Shown: positions 27,340 to 37,077, numbered from the stretch's first letter. The stretch: 64,000 nucleotides of DNA from Treponemataceae bacterium (GCA_963678065.2 CAXXVZ010000004.1:64001-128000); one strand, 5' to 3'. Notes: generated by a model from the letters alone, not told the origin. Made by a program: numbers and translations.

Positions 27340-28440
27340 CTACAGCGCCTTCTTCGCCAGCGCGAGGAGCCTTTCTTTTTCCATGACGAGGGAAGCCCCG
27401 TACAGGGCCGCACCGAGGAGTCCAGCCCTGTGCGCGAGAAGGGCTGTCTCGAAGCGGCAGTCTGCCCACGCGTCTTTATACACGTAGCGAGGCACCCGCC
27501 GCGCGACTTCGGCCGCGAGGTGGGGCGCCCCCGCGATGACTCCGCCCCCGAAGACCACGAGGTCAGGGGCGAGGATGGCCATACCCGTCGCCGCGGTCCG
27601 CGCCAGCGCCTCTGCCACGATGTCATCGACCGCCAGGGCAAGCGGGTCTTTCGCGGAATAAGCCGCATAGACTTCCCGGGCGTTGAGTCTCTCGCCCCGT
27701 CTCGCGAGCGTGGCCAGTCCCGAACCGGAGAATTCCGGAAAATCGCCGCGCAGAAGGCTGCCGGTCACCGCGTCGCGTCCAAGCGCGAAGTCTGCGGCGA
27801 TCCTTCCGATGGAGGGTCCTGCGGCATAAGCTTCGGAGCAGCCCCGGACTCCGCAGGCGCATGGTCTTCCGGCAGGCTCGATCACGATATGCCCTATCTC
27901 GAGGGCGCGATCGTCGCAGCCGCCGAGAAGGTGGCCGTCCTCCACGAAACCTCCGCCGATGCCTGTCCCGAGCCCGATGAAGAGCAGAGCCCTTGATTTC
28001 CCCGCGCGCACGGCCCACTCGGCGTAGGCCGCGAGATTTCCGTCGTTCCTGACGCCGCAGGGGGCGCCGGCCATCTTTCCGACCTCGTCCCCGAGGGCTG
28101 TGCCGACCCAGCCGGGAATATTCGCGGCCTCGCCGACGATGCGCCCCGAGGCGTCCACGCCGCCGGGAGTTCCTACTCCGACCGCCAGAACCCTTCCGCC
28201 GAAGTCTGCGCCCCGGCTGCCGACTGCCGCCTCGCTCCTGGGGCCGCCGCCCTGGAGGCAGCTCTGAACCAGCTCTGCAACGAGCTCCCGCACCGCGCCG
28301 AGGACCGCCGCCGCGCCCCCGGAGGCCGGCGTGGTCCTCGAAGCTTCCGCAAGCACGCGCCCCTCCACTCCGAGCCGGATACCCTTTATGCTCTGCCCCC
28401 CAATGTCGAGGCCGAGAAACGATTCACCGCTCACCGTCAA
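27340..28440 (-). CDS. ROK family sugar kinase
   Basis: GLDIGG, NDGNLAAYAE, GLGTGIGGG, EIGH..CACGVRGCSE; no HTH. Confidence 0.88.
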   Translation of the reverse strand: MTVSGESFLGLDIGGQSIKGIRLGVEGRVLAEASRTTPASGGAAAVLGAVRELVAELVQSCLQGGGPRSEAAVGSRGADFGGRVLAVGVGTPGGVDASGRIVGEAANIPGWVGTALGDEVGKMAGAPCGVRNDGNLAAYAEWAVRAGKSRALLFIGLGTGIGGGFVEDGHLLGGCDDRALEIGHIVIEPAGRPCACGVRGCSEAYAAGPSIGRIAADFALGRDAVTGSLLRGDFPEFSGSGLATLARRGERLNAREVYAAYSAKDPLALAVDDIVAEALARTAATGMAILAPDLVVFGGGVIAGAPHLAAEVARRVPRYVYKDAWADCRFETALLAHRAGLLGAALYGASLVMEKERLLALAKKAL

Positions 28441-28518
28441 AACTCTCCCGGCGGATCGCGCCTGTTTCCCGGCAGGCGGCAGGTCGCCTTTGCCGCGCCG
28501 CCCACACGACTAGGGCCT

Positions 28519-29928
28519 TCACAGCGCGTAACCCTCGCCCACGCGGACGATGACGACATCGCCGATCCCCTTCGACTCCAGATACGATTTCTGGTGATCG
28601 AGGGCGCTCTTTTCACCGTGCACGAGGAAGACGCGCTTCAGTCCCGACAGGTCCATCGTGGAGAGCCAGTCCCAGACTTCGGAGTAATCGGCATGGGCCG
28701 AAAAGGATCCGATCTCGGTCACTTCGGCTTTGACGGGGTAGATATCCCCGTGGATCCTCACCTCTTTTGCCTTCTCCTCGATCCTGCGGCCGAGGGTGTT
28801 CTCGGCCATGTAGCCGACGATCAGTATCGTGTTGCGGGCGTCGCTTATGGTGTGCATGAGGTGGTGCTGTATGCGTCCCGCCTCGCACATGCCGTCCGCC
28901 GAGATGATGATGGCCGGCCCTTTGAGGTCGTTCAGACTCTTGGACTGCTCGACGCTGATAGAGAAGTTGAGGTTGGCGAAGCCGAAGGGATTGTCGTGGT
29001 GGTCCAGGAAAGCCTGGGCCGTTTCGGCGTCGTAGCACTCGGGGTGTACGCGGAAAATCGACGTGGCGTCCGTTGCCATGGGGGAGTCCACCCAGATCGG
29101 AATTTCCGGAATTTTCTTCTGGTCGCAGAGGAGGTGGAGGTGGAAGATGATCTCCTGGGTCCGCTCGACGGCGAAGGCCGGGATGACGACTTTCCCCCCG
29201 CGCGCCGCGGTGCGGGAGATGATGTCCGCCAGCCTTTCCATCGCGTCGGTATCCGGCTCGTGCAGCCTGTCTCCGTATGTCGACTCGAGAACGAGATAGT
29301 CCACGGGCGGCAGCGGCTCGGGGTCCCTGATGATAGGCTTGTTCTTCCGGCCCAGATCCCCCGTGAAGCCGATGACGATCTCCCCGCGCTCGGGGTCTTT
29401 CACCGTGACGCGGGCCAGGGCCGAGCCGAGGATGTGCCCCGCGTCGAAGAACTCCACCCCGACGCCCTCGCCGATCCTGAAGGCTCTGTGATAGTTGATG
29501 GTCACGAAGAGCCCTGTGGCCCTCAGCGCGTCCTTGTCGTCGTAGAGCGGCTTGAAGGTCGACTTCTCGCCCTTCCGCGCGGCCTGCTTCTCGATATACT
29601 CGGCGTCCCTCGCCTGGATCTTCGCGGAATCCATCATGACGAGGTTGGCGAGATCGCGAGTTGCGGGCGTCGAATAAATGCTGCCGTCGTAGCCCCGCTT
29701 TGCGAGGAGCGGCAGCATGCCGCAATGGTCGTAGTGCGCGTGAGTCAGGATGACAGCGACGAGGCCCGCCGGGTCGGGCACGAGCGCACGGTTTTTCTGT
29801 TCGGCCAGATCGCGCTTGCCCTGAAAGGCGCCGCAGTCTATGAGGTATCTCTCGTCCCCTACCTCGAGGATATGTTTTGAACCGGTTACTTCTTCGGCTC
29901 CGCCTTCGGAGCGCAGTGTGATATTCAT
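28519..29928 (-). CDS. Metallo-beta-lactamase/beta-CASP ribonuclease family protein
   Basis: GGAEEVTGS, THAHYDH, AGHILGS, TGDLG, ESTYG, FSAHAD, LVHGE. Confidence 0.9.
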   Translation of the reverse strand: MNITLRSEGGAEEVTGSKHILEVGDERYLIDCGAFQGKRDLAEQKNRALVPDPAGLVAVILTHAHYDHCGMLPLLAKRGYDGSIYSTPATRDLANLVMMDSAKIQARDAEYIEKQAARKGEKSTFKPLYDDKDALRATGLFVTINYHRAFRIGEGVGVEFFDAGHILGSALARVTVKDPERGEIVIGFTGDLGRKNKPIIRDPEPLPPVDYLVLESTYGDRLHEPDTDAMERLADIISRTAARGGKVVIPAFAVERTQEIIFHLHLLCDQKKIPEIPIWVDSPMATDATSIFRVHPECYDAETAQAFLDHHDNPFGFANLNFSISVEQSKSLNDLKGPAIIISADGMCEAGRIQHHLMHTISDARNTILIVGYMAENTLGRRIEEKAKEVRIHGDIYPVKAEVTEIGSFSAHADYSEVWDWLSTMDLSGLKRVFLVHGEKSALDHQKSYLESKGIGDVVIVRVGEGYAL

Positions 29929-30040
29929 GCTGGACAGGATACCACCGGGGAAGAGTGGGGGCAATGCGCCCTGCCGACAACCTCTGTCCCCGCGCACAGC
30001 CGTCCCTCGCGGATGAACGAAGCCCGGATGATCCCCGCTC

Positions 30041-30970
30041 TCAGAGCATGAAGAAGAGCGCCGCCCCCATCACCGCTAGACCGGCTCCAAGCACTTCGAG
30101 GGCGTGAACCTTCTGCTTCAGGAATATGATGGAGGGAGGGATGATGAGGACAGGCGTGAGGGCCATCAGGGTGGAAGCCGCGCCGGCGTCCGTGTTCTGC
30201 AGCGCGAAGAGGCTGAAGCTGACCCCGAGGAAGGGGCCGAAGATGGCGCCCGTAAAAACCGTCCGCATCCCCGCCCTGTCCCTGAGCGGATCGAGGAATA
30301 CGGATCGCACCTGCCTGAGAAGGAAGGCCTGAAGCGCGAATCCGGCGATGGCCGTCATGATGCGTATCTGGGTTCCCGAAATGACGTTGTATGACCCGAG
30401 CCCGATTTTGGAAAAAATGAGGCCGGTCGCCTGGAATATCGAAGAAAGGAAAGCGAAAACGTAGCCCCTGACAGTGCGGGCCGCCGCCTCGCGGGACGCG
30501 GGCCTGTGCTCAGTCGCCACCTGGCCGGCCGCCGCTCTCTGCCGCGAAAGGACGACGAAAAGGATTCCCGCTACCACGAGGGCCATGCCGGCCAGCCGCT
30601 CCGGTCTCATCCTCTCGCCGAGGATCACAAAGGCGAGAAAAGCCGTAAACAGAGGCGTAAGCGCCTGGAAAATGACCGTTATTCTCGATCCGATGAGAAT
30701 ATAGGCGTTGAACAGGAAATAGTCCGCGATGACAAAGCCGATAAAACCCGATATCGACAGGTAGAGCCAGGCATGTGCGGAGGCATCCGTCGGGAAAGGC
30801 ATCCCTCTGAATGCCCAGGCCGCGGCGGAGAGCAGGAAAAACGCGACGAAAACCTTGTAGAAATTGACAGCGAGGGCCCCCATTTTTCTGGAGGCTTTTT
30901 CGAAGAACAGAGCGGAAATCGTCCAGCACAGAGCGGTTCCGAATGCGGCCAGGTCACCAAGTTTTTCCAT
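30041..30970 (-). CDS. DMT/EamA family transporter
   Basis: About 10 TM helices with two EamA repeats (LTPLF..ILGER; LTPVL..FLKQK). Confidence 0.85.
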   Translation of the reverse strand: MEKLGDLAAFGTALCWTISALFFEKASRKMGALAVNFYKVFVAFFLLSAAAWAFRGMPFPTDASAHAWLYLSISGFIGFVIADYFLFNAYILIGSRITVIFQALTPLFTAFLAFVILGERMRPERLAGMALVVAGILFVVLSRQRAAAGQVATEHRPASREAAARTVRGYVFAFLSSIFQATGLIFSKIGLGSYNVISGTQIRIMTAIAGFALQAFLLRQVRSVFLDPLRDRAGMRTVFTGAIFGPFLGVSFSLFALQNTDAGAASTLMALTPVLIIPPSIIFLKQKVHALEVLGAGLAVMGAALFFML

Positions 30971-31018
30971 GCCGGCTACTCTACCGCAGAGAGAATGAAA
31001 ATGTACAGGCGAAGAAAT

Positions 31019-31047
31019 TTGACAGGACCCCGCGGAGCGCCTAAATT
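31019..31047 (+). promoter_or_regulatory. Sigma70 promoter
   Basis: TTGACA-N17-TAAATT. Confidence 0.65.
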
Positions 31048-31165
31048 AAAAGTAAGGGAGCGCGATGCTTGATCCGGAATTCGGAAGCGGCTTGTGCACT
31101 CGTTCCGGCGGCCATCCGGATTTTGCGCGCATGCTCTCTCACCTGTTCGTAGCGGGAGGCGCGAT

Positions 31166-31996
31166 ATGGCAGTCATAACCATAGCCAGGGAACTCGGGAG
31201 TCTCGCAGAGGACATCGCCCGTGAACTGTCGGCGATCACGGGGTACAGGAACATCAACAAGGAAGCGCTCGAGGCACGGTTCTCCTCGATGCCCCCTTAC
31301 GGACTCACCGATGAAAAGCGGCAGAAATTCGACGAAAAGAAGCCGGGTTTCTGGGCCTCGCTCTCGCAGGACCGTGACACCTACCTCCACTTCCTGAAAA
31401 CCGCCGTCCTCGAGGAAGCGGCGGAAGGTCCCTGCATTCTCGTCGGCAGGGGTGCCGGAGTCATACTCAAAGGCCTGCCCAACCTCATGAACCTGCGCCT
31501 CACATCCCCGCTCTCGGTCCGGATCGAGAGGATCAAGGTGGCTTTCTCCTGCAACGAAAAGACCGCGCTCGAGCTCCTCGAGCGAAGCGATCACGACCGC
31601 AGGGGATTCCATAAATACTTCTTCTCGGTCAACTGGGAGGATGCGCGGGAATACGACCTCACGCTCAACACAGGGGCGATGAGCGCGCGCAAGGGGGCGT
31701 CGATCCTCTCCGCCATGGTAAAGGAGTATATCAGCCCAGATAGGGAAGCTGCCTGCGCGGAGCGCCTCGCAGACCTTCTCCTCGCCCAGACTGTCCTCAC
31801 GGAGATCACGTACCGGAGAAAGGTCCCGATCCATTTCCTCGAGGCTTCCTCGTCGAAGGGACGGATTGTCCTCCACGGCGTCTCCAACACGCAGTCAGCC
31901 ATCGATACGGCCATGTCGGCCGCGCGCTCCATCGGCGGCGTCACCGAAGTCGAGAGCGCGATCCAGATTGTCCAGGAGTTTTCGGTAGTCCCTTGA
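31166..31996 (+). CDS. Cytidylate kinase-like protein with C-terminal BON-like domain
   Basis: VITIARELGS, ILVGRG, YDLTLNT; C-terminal IVLHG...ARSIGGVTEVES. Confidence 0.8.
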   Translation: MAVITIARELGSLAEDIARELSAITGYRNINKEALEARFSSMPPYGLTDEKRQKFDEKKPGFWASLSQDRDTYLHFLKTAVLEEAAEGPCILVGRGAGVILKGLPNLMNLRLTSPLSVRIERIKVAFSCNEKTALELLERSDHDRRGFHKYFFSVNWEDAREYDLTLNTGAMSARKGASILSAMVKEYISPDREAACAERLADLLLAQTVLTEITYRRKVPIHFLEASSSKGRIVLHGVSNTQSAIDTAMSAARSIGGVTEVESAIQIVQEFSVVP

Positions 31997-32169
31997 ATCC
32001 CGGAGGAAGGCGGGCCTGAGGCGGCGCCTCCTACGGAGGCGATGCCCCTACGGCGGCGGCGCCCCTGCTGTAGCGCCTTTGAGGCCGCCTTTCCTCCACG
32101 TTCCCGGCATCAAGGGGGGACGCCCGCCGCCTGCTAGGCATCGGGTGGCCTGACGCCTACTATGGCGGG

Positions 32170-32886
32170 ATGCAGATAATGACCGCCTTCCATCCGATAG
32201 AAGAAACCCTCCGCTCCGGCCGCGCCGAAGGGCGCATCCTCGTATCAGGCGCGGGTCCGCGTATAAAATCCATCGTGGCCCTTGCCGCGAAGGCCGGCAT
32301 CCCCGTCCGCAAGGCAAGCCCCGATGAGCTGACACGCCTCGCCCCCGACCACCGCGGCGTCGTCTTCGAAAGCACCGCGACATCGTCCCCGACGGAGGTC
32401 TTTCTTGAGGACTTCCTGGCGGGGGCCCGGGAACGCGCGCTCGTCATCGTACTCGACCACATCGAAGACCCCCAGAACTATGGCGCCATCATGCGCTCGG
32501 CCGACGCGTTCGCCGCCGACCTCGTCGTCGTGCCCAGGCGTCGCGCCGCCCCGCTCTCCGAAGCGGCCTCGCGCGCTTCCGCCGGCGCGGTCGCCCATGT
32601 CCCGGTCGCCTCCGTCGTCAACCTCGCCGATGCCCTGCGCCGACTCGCGGAGGCAGGCTTCTGGCTCTACTCCGCCGACATGGACGGCGCGGCCCTCCAC
32701 AGCCTGGAGCTCCCCAAAAAATGTGCCATCGTCCTGGGAAACGAAGGAACGGGCGTTTCCCGCCTCCTCGGCGAAATCTGCGACCAGACCGTATCCATAC
32801 CCATGTGGGGGCACGTGGATTCGCTCAACGTCTCGGCTTCGGCCGCCATCATCATGTACGAATTCCGCCGCCAGAACCCGCTCTGA
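32170..32886 (+). CDS. rlmB: 23S rRNA 2'-O-methyltransferase (TrmH/SpoU, RlmB-like)
   Basis: LDHIEDPQNYGAIMRSA, LGNEGTG, IPMWGHVDSLNVS. Confidence 0.85.
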   Translation: MQIMTAFHPIEETLRSGRAEGRILVSGAGPRIKSIVALAAKAGIPVRKASPDELTRLAPDHRGVVFESTATSSPTEVFLEDFLAGARERALVIVLDHIEDPQNYGAIMRSADAFAADLVVVPRRRAAPLSEAASRASAGAVAHVPVASVVNLADALRRLAEAGFWLYSADMDGAALHSLELPKKCAIVLGNEGTGVSRLLGEICDQTVSIPMWGHVDSLNVSASAAIIMYEFRRQNPL

Positions 32887-32894
32887 AACAAAAA

Positions 32895-32945
32895 CCGCGG
32901 GAGGCGGCGCCCCAGGCTATTTCCTGGCTGCGCCGCCTCCCGCGG
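32895..32945. terminator. Long GC hairpin between convergent rlmB and pyrBI
   Basis: CCGCGGGAGGCGGCGC...GCGCCGCCTCCCGCGG 16-bp stem with an inner CCAGG/CCTGG stem. Confidence 0.65.
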
Positions 32946-32973
32946 CCTTCATCCGCAAACAGGTTTCCCCGCG

Positions 32974-34554
32974 CTACACGTCCCAGATATCCCTGAAAGC
33001 GTGCTCCTTCTCGCAGTAGCGGCAGACGAAGGTCGAGCCTGACTTGCGCCTGAACTCCGTCGTCGCAGCCTCCATGTGCCCCGGATGAGAGATGCAGTTC
33101 TCGTTCTTGCATGAGACCTCGTCGAAATTGTAGATGCGCGGCGGCATGGCGAGGCGGTATTTGCGCGCCACCTTGCCACCCCGGACGAGGTTGAGCGTGC
33201 AGCCGGGGGCTATCGCGCTCAGCTTCTTGAGATCGCGGCCGCCGAAGCTCGTCACGTCGGGCAGAGAGATGATGCCTTTGTAGGTCTCGGGGCCTGAGTT
33301 GGAGTGGTAGACCCCGTGGCTCGAGCGCACGTTCAGCTTGAGGATCTTCCTGACCGCGTCGATGTAGCTCCAGATTTCCTCGATGGGCTTTCCGGAAGCG
33401 ATGTGGTCGATGACGATGCCTTCCTCGACCGGCTTGATGCCGACCTTGTACTCGGGCTTGCGCTGCTCGGAGATGGGCGCCTCGACGATGAAATCCTCCT
33501 CAGGCTCGTCCGGTTCGTGCAGTTCGCCCTCGAAATCCTGCCCGAGAAGGCCCGAGACCATGCCGAGCTCCACGATGCGCGTCCAGTAGCCGTTGGCCGA
33601 CTGGCTGTCCCAGCCGTTGAGCGGCAGTTCGTCGAGGAAAGTGGGGTTCGTCGGGTTGAGGCGGTCGCGCGGGAGCGGGTGGTAGAAGCGGCAGCCCTCG
33701 GGGAGGGAGCCGAGCATGTCCTTGCGGAAAGTCAAGGATGAGCGCAGGGCCGCGGCCCGCTCGAGGACGGCGTCTCCCATGCGCTCGAGCTGGAGGCGGG
33801 TGAAGTACCAGATGGGCGCGACCGCGCCGGAGGCTATGTACTCGTCGAGGGAATCGTAGCTGTTCACCTCGTAGCCGTTGGCCCGCATCTTCTCCACATA
33901 GTATTTCGGCATGCCGAGAGGGTCGGGAGCGACGAGGTCGACGACGACATTGCGGAATACCTTGAGCCCGTCCGCCTTGGAGTGGACTGTCCGGCCGTGG
34001 TAGAGATCGCCCGTGAGCGCGAGGTGGATGTGATCGTCCTTCCAGCCGAGCTGCTCCATGAAGGAAAACTCGTCCAGGAATTCCTGGGTCGGGTGTTCGT
34101 GCTTGCCGTCGCCCGCGTTGATGAAGGCCGGCTTGGGTCTCCCCACGACCTCGGAATACCTGCCCATGGCGTCATCCAGCCAGCGGCACACGCCTTCGAG
34201 CTTCGAGCGGATGACGAAGCAGGAATCCCCCGCATAGCCGTAGAGCATCTTGATCGTGTCGGTGATCGATTCGTTCTTGTTGAACGACGAGGTCGCAGTG
34301 TCGAACACGTTGGTCCTGCAGCCCGTGAACTTGGCCGCCGCCCGGAAGGACTCGCGCGTGCGCGTGGAATCCTCCATGAAGATGAGGTAGGTCTGGTAAT
34401 CCCTGTCCTCCATCCGGAACCGGGCCGCGTCGCCACCCGAGAGCGCGACCTCCTTGAGCTCCCGCGTTTTCCTGTACAGGTACCGCTGTTCGTCGGCAGA
34501 AAGGTCGTTGACCACGGCGATCGTTCTGCCCTTGAAAGGTCCGTTTCGCGTCAT
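32974..34554 (-). CDS. pyrBI: Fused aspartate carbamoyltransferase catalytic/regulatory subunit
   Basis: EDSTRT, HEHPTQ, HPLPR, followed by a PyrI domain (GIVIDHI, CKNENCIS, CRYCE). Confidence 0.93.
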   Translation of the reverse strand: MTRNGPFKGRTIAVVNDLSADEQRYLYRKTRELKEVALSGGDAARFRMEDRDYQTYLIFMEDSTRTRESFRAAAKFTGCRTNVFDTATSSFNKNESITDTIKMLYGYAGDSCFVIRSKLEGVCRWLDDAMGRYSEVVGRPKPAFINAGDGKHEHPTQEFLDEFSFMEQLGWKDDHIHLALTGDLYHGRTVHSKADGLKVFRNVVVDLVAPDPLGMPKYYVEKMRANGYEVNSYDSLDEYIASGAVAPIWYFTRLQLERMGDAVLERAAALRSSLTFRKDMLGSLPEGCRFYHPLPRDRLNPTNPTFLDELPLNGWDSQSANGYWTRIVELGMVSGLLGQDFEGELHEPDEPEEDFIVEAPISEQRKPEYKVGIKPVEEGIVIDHIASGKPIEEIWSYIDAVRKILKLNVRSSHGVYHSNSGPETYKGIISLPDVTSFGGRDLKKLSAIAPGCTLNLVRGGKVARKYRLAMPPRIYNFDEVSCKNENCISHPGHMEAATTEFRRKSGSTFVCRYCEKEHAFRDIWDV

Positions 34555-34563
34555 GCAGGCCTC

Positions 34564-36993
34564 CTATTTCAGATCCCGGAATGCATCCCTGAGGATGTAA
34601 TATGATTCTTTCAGCCTTTCGTGCGAAGTCGGCAGGGCCCAACCTTTCAGGGTCCAGGGCAGCATGCCGATGCTTATGCCGCCCGTCTTGCCGTTCTTCA
34701 GGACGCCCGCCCCGACGCGCCAATCGCCTGAGTCCTGGGCGAGTATCCCTTTCGCGGCGTAGTGGTCGGCCATGATCTTCCTGTTGGCCGGGTCCATGAC
34801 GTTCAGGAGTTGCCAGGGGATGCGGAGTTCGATGACGGAGTCCTTTATGCAGTAGTCGGCTATCGAGTCGTAATTCGGGTTGGCGGGGTTCGAGTTGCCG
34901 AAGCGCAGCTGCCCCGTCTCGTAGCCGGAGAAAGGTATGGTGACCTTGGTTTCCGGCAGCTTCACCTTGCGGCTCAGGGCGAGCAGGATCGGATTGAAAA
35001 CCCCTGAACCCCTGACGTTGTTCGCGGGAATCTTGGGCAGGAATTTCAGCCATTCGGCGTACATGTAGTAGTACGTGTCGTAATAGGCGTCGACCATGAT
35101 ACGGGAGTTGTCCCTGCGGTTGATGCTGATGAGAAAATCGGCGGGATGCGAGAACTTGATGTCGCGCCCCGCGACGGAGGTGTTCCCCTGTCCCGGAATC
35201 GTGTCGAGCGCGACGAGGAGAGTGTCGTGCCCGGCATCGAAGCCGGCTATGTCCGCCATGAAGTAGAAATAGCGCTCATCGCCCTTGGCGAAAATCCTGA
35301 TACCCTTGCCGAGGCCGACGGGAGTATCCTCCTTCCAGTCCGCAGGATCTCCGTCCACCTCGCAGGCCGTCTTGTCCTTCCCAGGATCGAAGGCGAGAAG
35401 GCCGAAATTCTGCTCGTTCGTCTGGTAGTTGCTCCAGAAGGGTCGAGTGTCCGGAACGTCGAGGTCCATGTTGTTCCAGGTTCTCTTGAACCACTCATCC
35501 TGCCAGACGAAGACTATGCCGCCGCAGTACCCTTCCCGGTAGATGTCCCCAAGAAGATGCGAGTCGATCTCACCCTGTTCGGTTTCCGAATGGTTCCCCT
35601 GGTTGTACCCCGAATAGGGAGCCCTGTGCGCCATGCCCCGCGAGGCTGGCACGCCGAACTCCGCGACGAGCACCGGGATCGTGTAATGCGCCATAAGCTC
35701 CCTGAGGTATGCCCGGTAGGTGTTGACGCGCGCGTCCTCGTCGTAGAAGCGGGTATACCGCGTATCGACGTTGATGAAGTCGGGATAATAAGGATAGATG
35801 TGGAAGGACGCGTACCATCCCGAATGAAAGACCGGCGATGCCTTGATGTGTTCGACGTCGAGGGTGCAGATATCCTCCATCTCGTAGGGTTCGTTCGGAT
35901 GCTTCAGGGGATCGGCAGTCGGCCAGTTGTTGACGGCGATCGGCCGCATCATCCTGTACTTGTCGACCTCGTAGGCGACCGTCGCGTCGCAGACCTGGCA
36001 GAGGAAGGCCTCGAAGGGGGAGGCCTTTTCCGTGTAGAGATACTTCCCCTTGTAGCTGTTCCTGTCGGGAAATGCGGCGTCAGTGTCCGAGACGAAGTAG
36101 GGATCCCACTCGATGCCCATGATCCAGCCGATGACCCAGCGCGACACGTCGCTCCTGTAGGTTCCGGAAGCGAATCCGGGTTGGAGCGGCAGGGTTATGT
36201 TGCCGTGGAGGACGTCGACGAGATCCTTCGCGTCCTTGATGAACTGCTTCACCATGATGCCGTCGTCGGCGTAGGCGGTCTTGTGCTTCTGGATAAGCTC
36301 TTCGCTCAGCCACACGCCCTGCATGAGCCACAGGGGCTTCGCGGCCTTGGAATTGTATTCGAGGAGCGCGTCGTAGAACTGCGGCATGAGGGTCGTGTAG
36401 ACCCGGATGACGTCGGCGTTCATGTCGCTGATATACCGGAACCAGCGCAGGTAGTCGGCCTTCGTGACGGCGAGTTCCCCCGGGAAGTGACCGGGTATTC
36501 CCGCTCCGATGTTCACGCCTCTCAGGAAGGTCTTTTTCCAGGTCCCTTCTGAGTAGACCGAGAAGGCCTTCCCCTCCGTCCGCGCGACATAGGAGATGCC
36601 ATCCGAGACGAAGAAGGGACCGTTTCCCGCTCCGGGAGAAGGCGCCCGCGTCGGGACAGATTCTGTCGAAATCGGGGCGGGAGTGGCAGGAACGGTCAGG
36701 GGAGGCGCTGGATTAAGCGGCGGCGCAACGGGCGCGGCAGTCTGGGCGGCGGCCACTGCCGGCAAAGCCGGGACAAGCTGCGCGGCGGGAGCTGCCACAA
36801 CCGGCGCCGGTCCCTGCGCTTTCAGCGTCGTTGCCGTAGTGGGGCCGGGCACGGTGGCCTGCTTCGGCGTCTGACCCGCCTGAGCCTTGCCTGAATCCTG
36901 CCCGACTTGAACGACTCCGGTCTGGCAGGACAGAAGCAACAGGGCGCCCGCGGCGACAAAAACCCTCAGATTCGATGGACAGAATCCTTTCAT
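34564..36993 (-). CDS. Lipoprotein with a glycoside hydrolase-like TIM barrel
   Basis: Lipobox LLLS-C; Pro/Ala linker; RGVNIG, IRVYT, GIEWD, HIYPYYP, VAEFGVP, WQDEWFK. Confidence 0.7.
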   Translation of the reverse strand: MKGFCPSNLRVFVAAGALLLLSCQTGVVQVGQDSGKAQAGQTPKQATVPGPTTATTLKAQGPAPVVAAPAAQLVPALPAVAAAQTAAPVAPPLNPAPPLTVPATPAPISTESVPTRAPSPGAGNGPFFVSDGISYVARTEGKAFSVYSEGTWKKTFLRGVNIGAGIPGHFPGELAVTKADYLRWFRYISDMNADVIRVYTTLMPQFYDALLEYNSKAAKPLWLMQGVWLSEELIQKHKTAYADDGIMVKQFIKDAKDLVDVLHGNITLPLQPGFASGTYRSDVSRWVIGWIMGIEWDPYFVSDTDAAFPDRNSYKGKYLYTEKASPFEAFLCQVCDATVAYEVDKYRMMRPIAVNNWPTADPLKHPNEPYEMEDICTLDVEHIKASPVFHSGWYASFHIYPYYPDFINVDTRYTRFYDEDARVNTYRAYLRELMAHYTIPVLVAEFGVPASRGMAHRAPYSGYNQGNHSETEQGEIDSHLLGDIYREGYCGGIVFVWQDEWFKRTWNNMDLDVPDTRPFWSNYQTNEQNFGLLAFDPGKDKTACEVDGDPADWKEDTPVGLGKGIRIFAKGDERYFYFMADIAGFDAGHDTLLVALDTIPGQGNTSVAGRDIKFSHPADFLISINRRDNSRIMVDAYYDTYYYMYAEWLKFLPKIPANNVRGSGVFNPILLALSRKVKLPETKVTIPFSGYETGQLRFGNSNPANPNYDSIADYCIKDSVIELRIPWQLLNVMDPANRKIMADHYAAKGILAQDSGDWRVGAGVLKNGKTGGISIGMLPWTLKGWALPTSHERLKESYYILRDAFRDLK

Positions 36994-37077
36994 TCTTGCC
37001 TCCTCGTCCGGATCTCCGGAAACCCTCGCTTCCCGACCTCCCCCGCATGCAGACTCCGCAGTCTGTCAAGACTGAGG

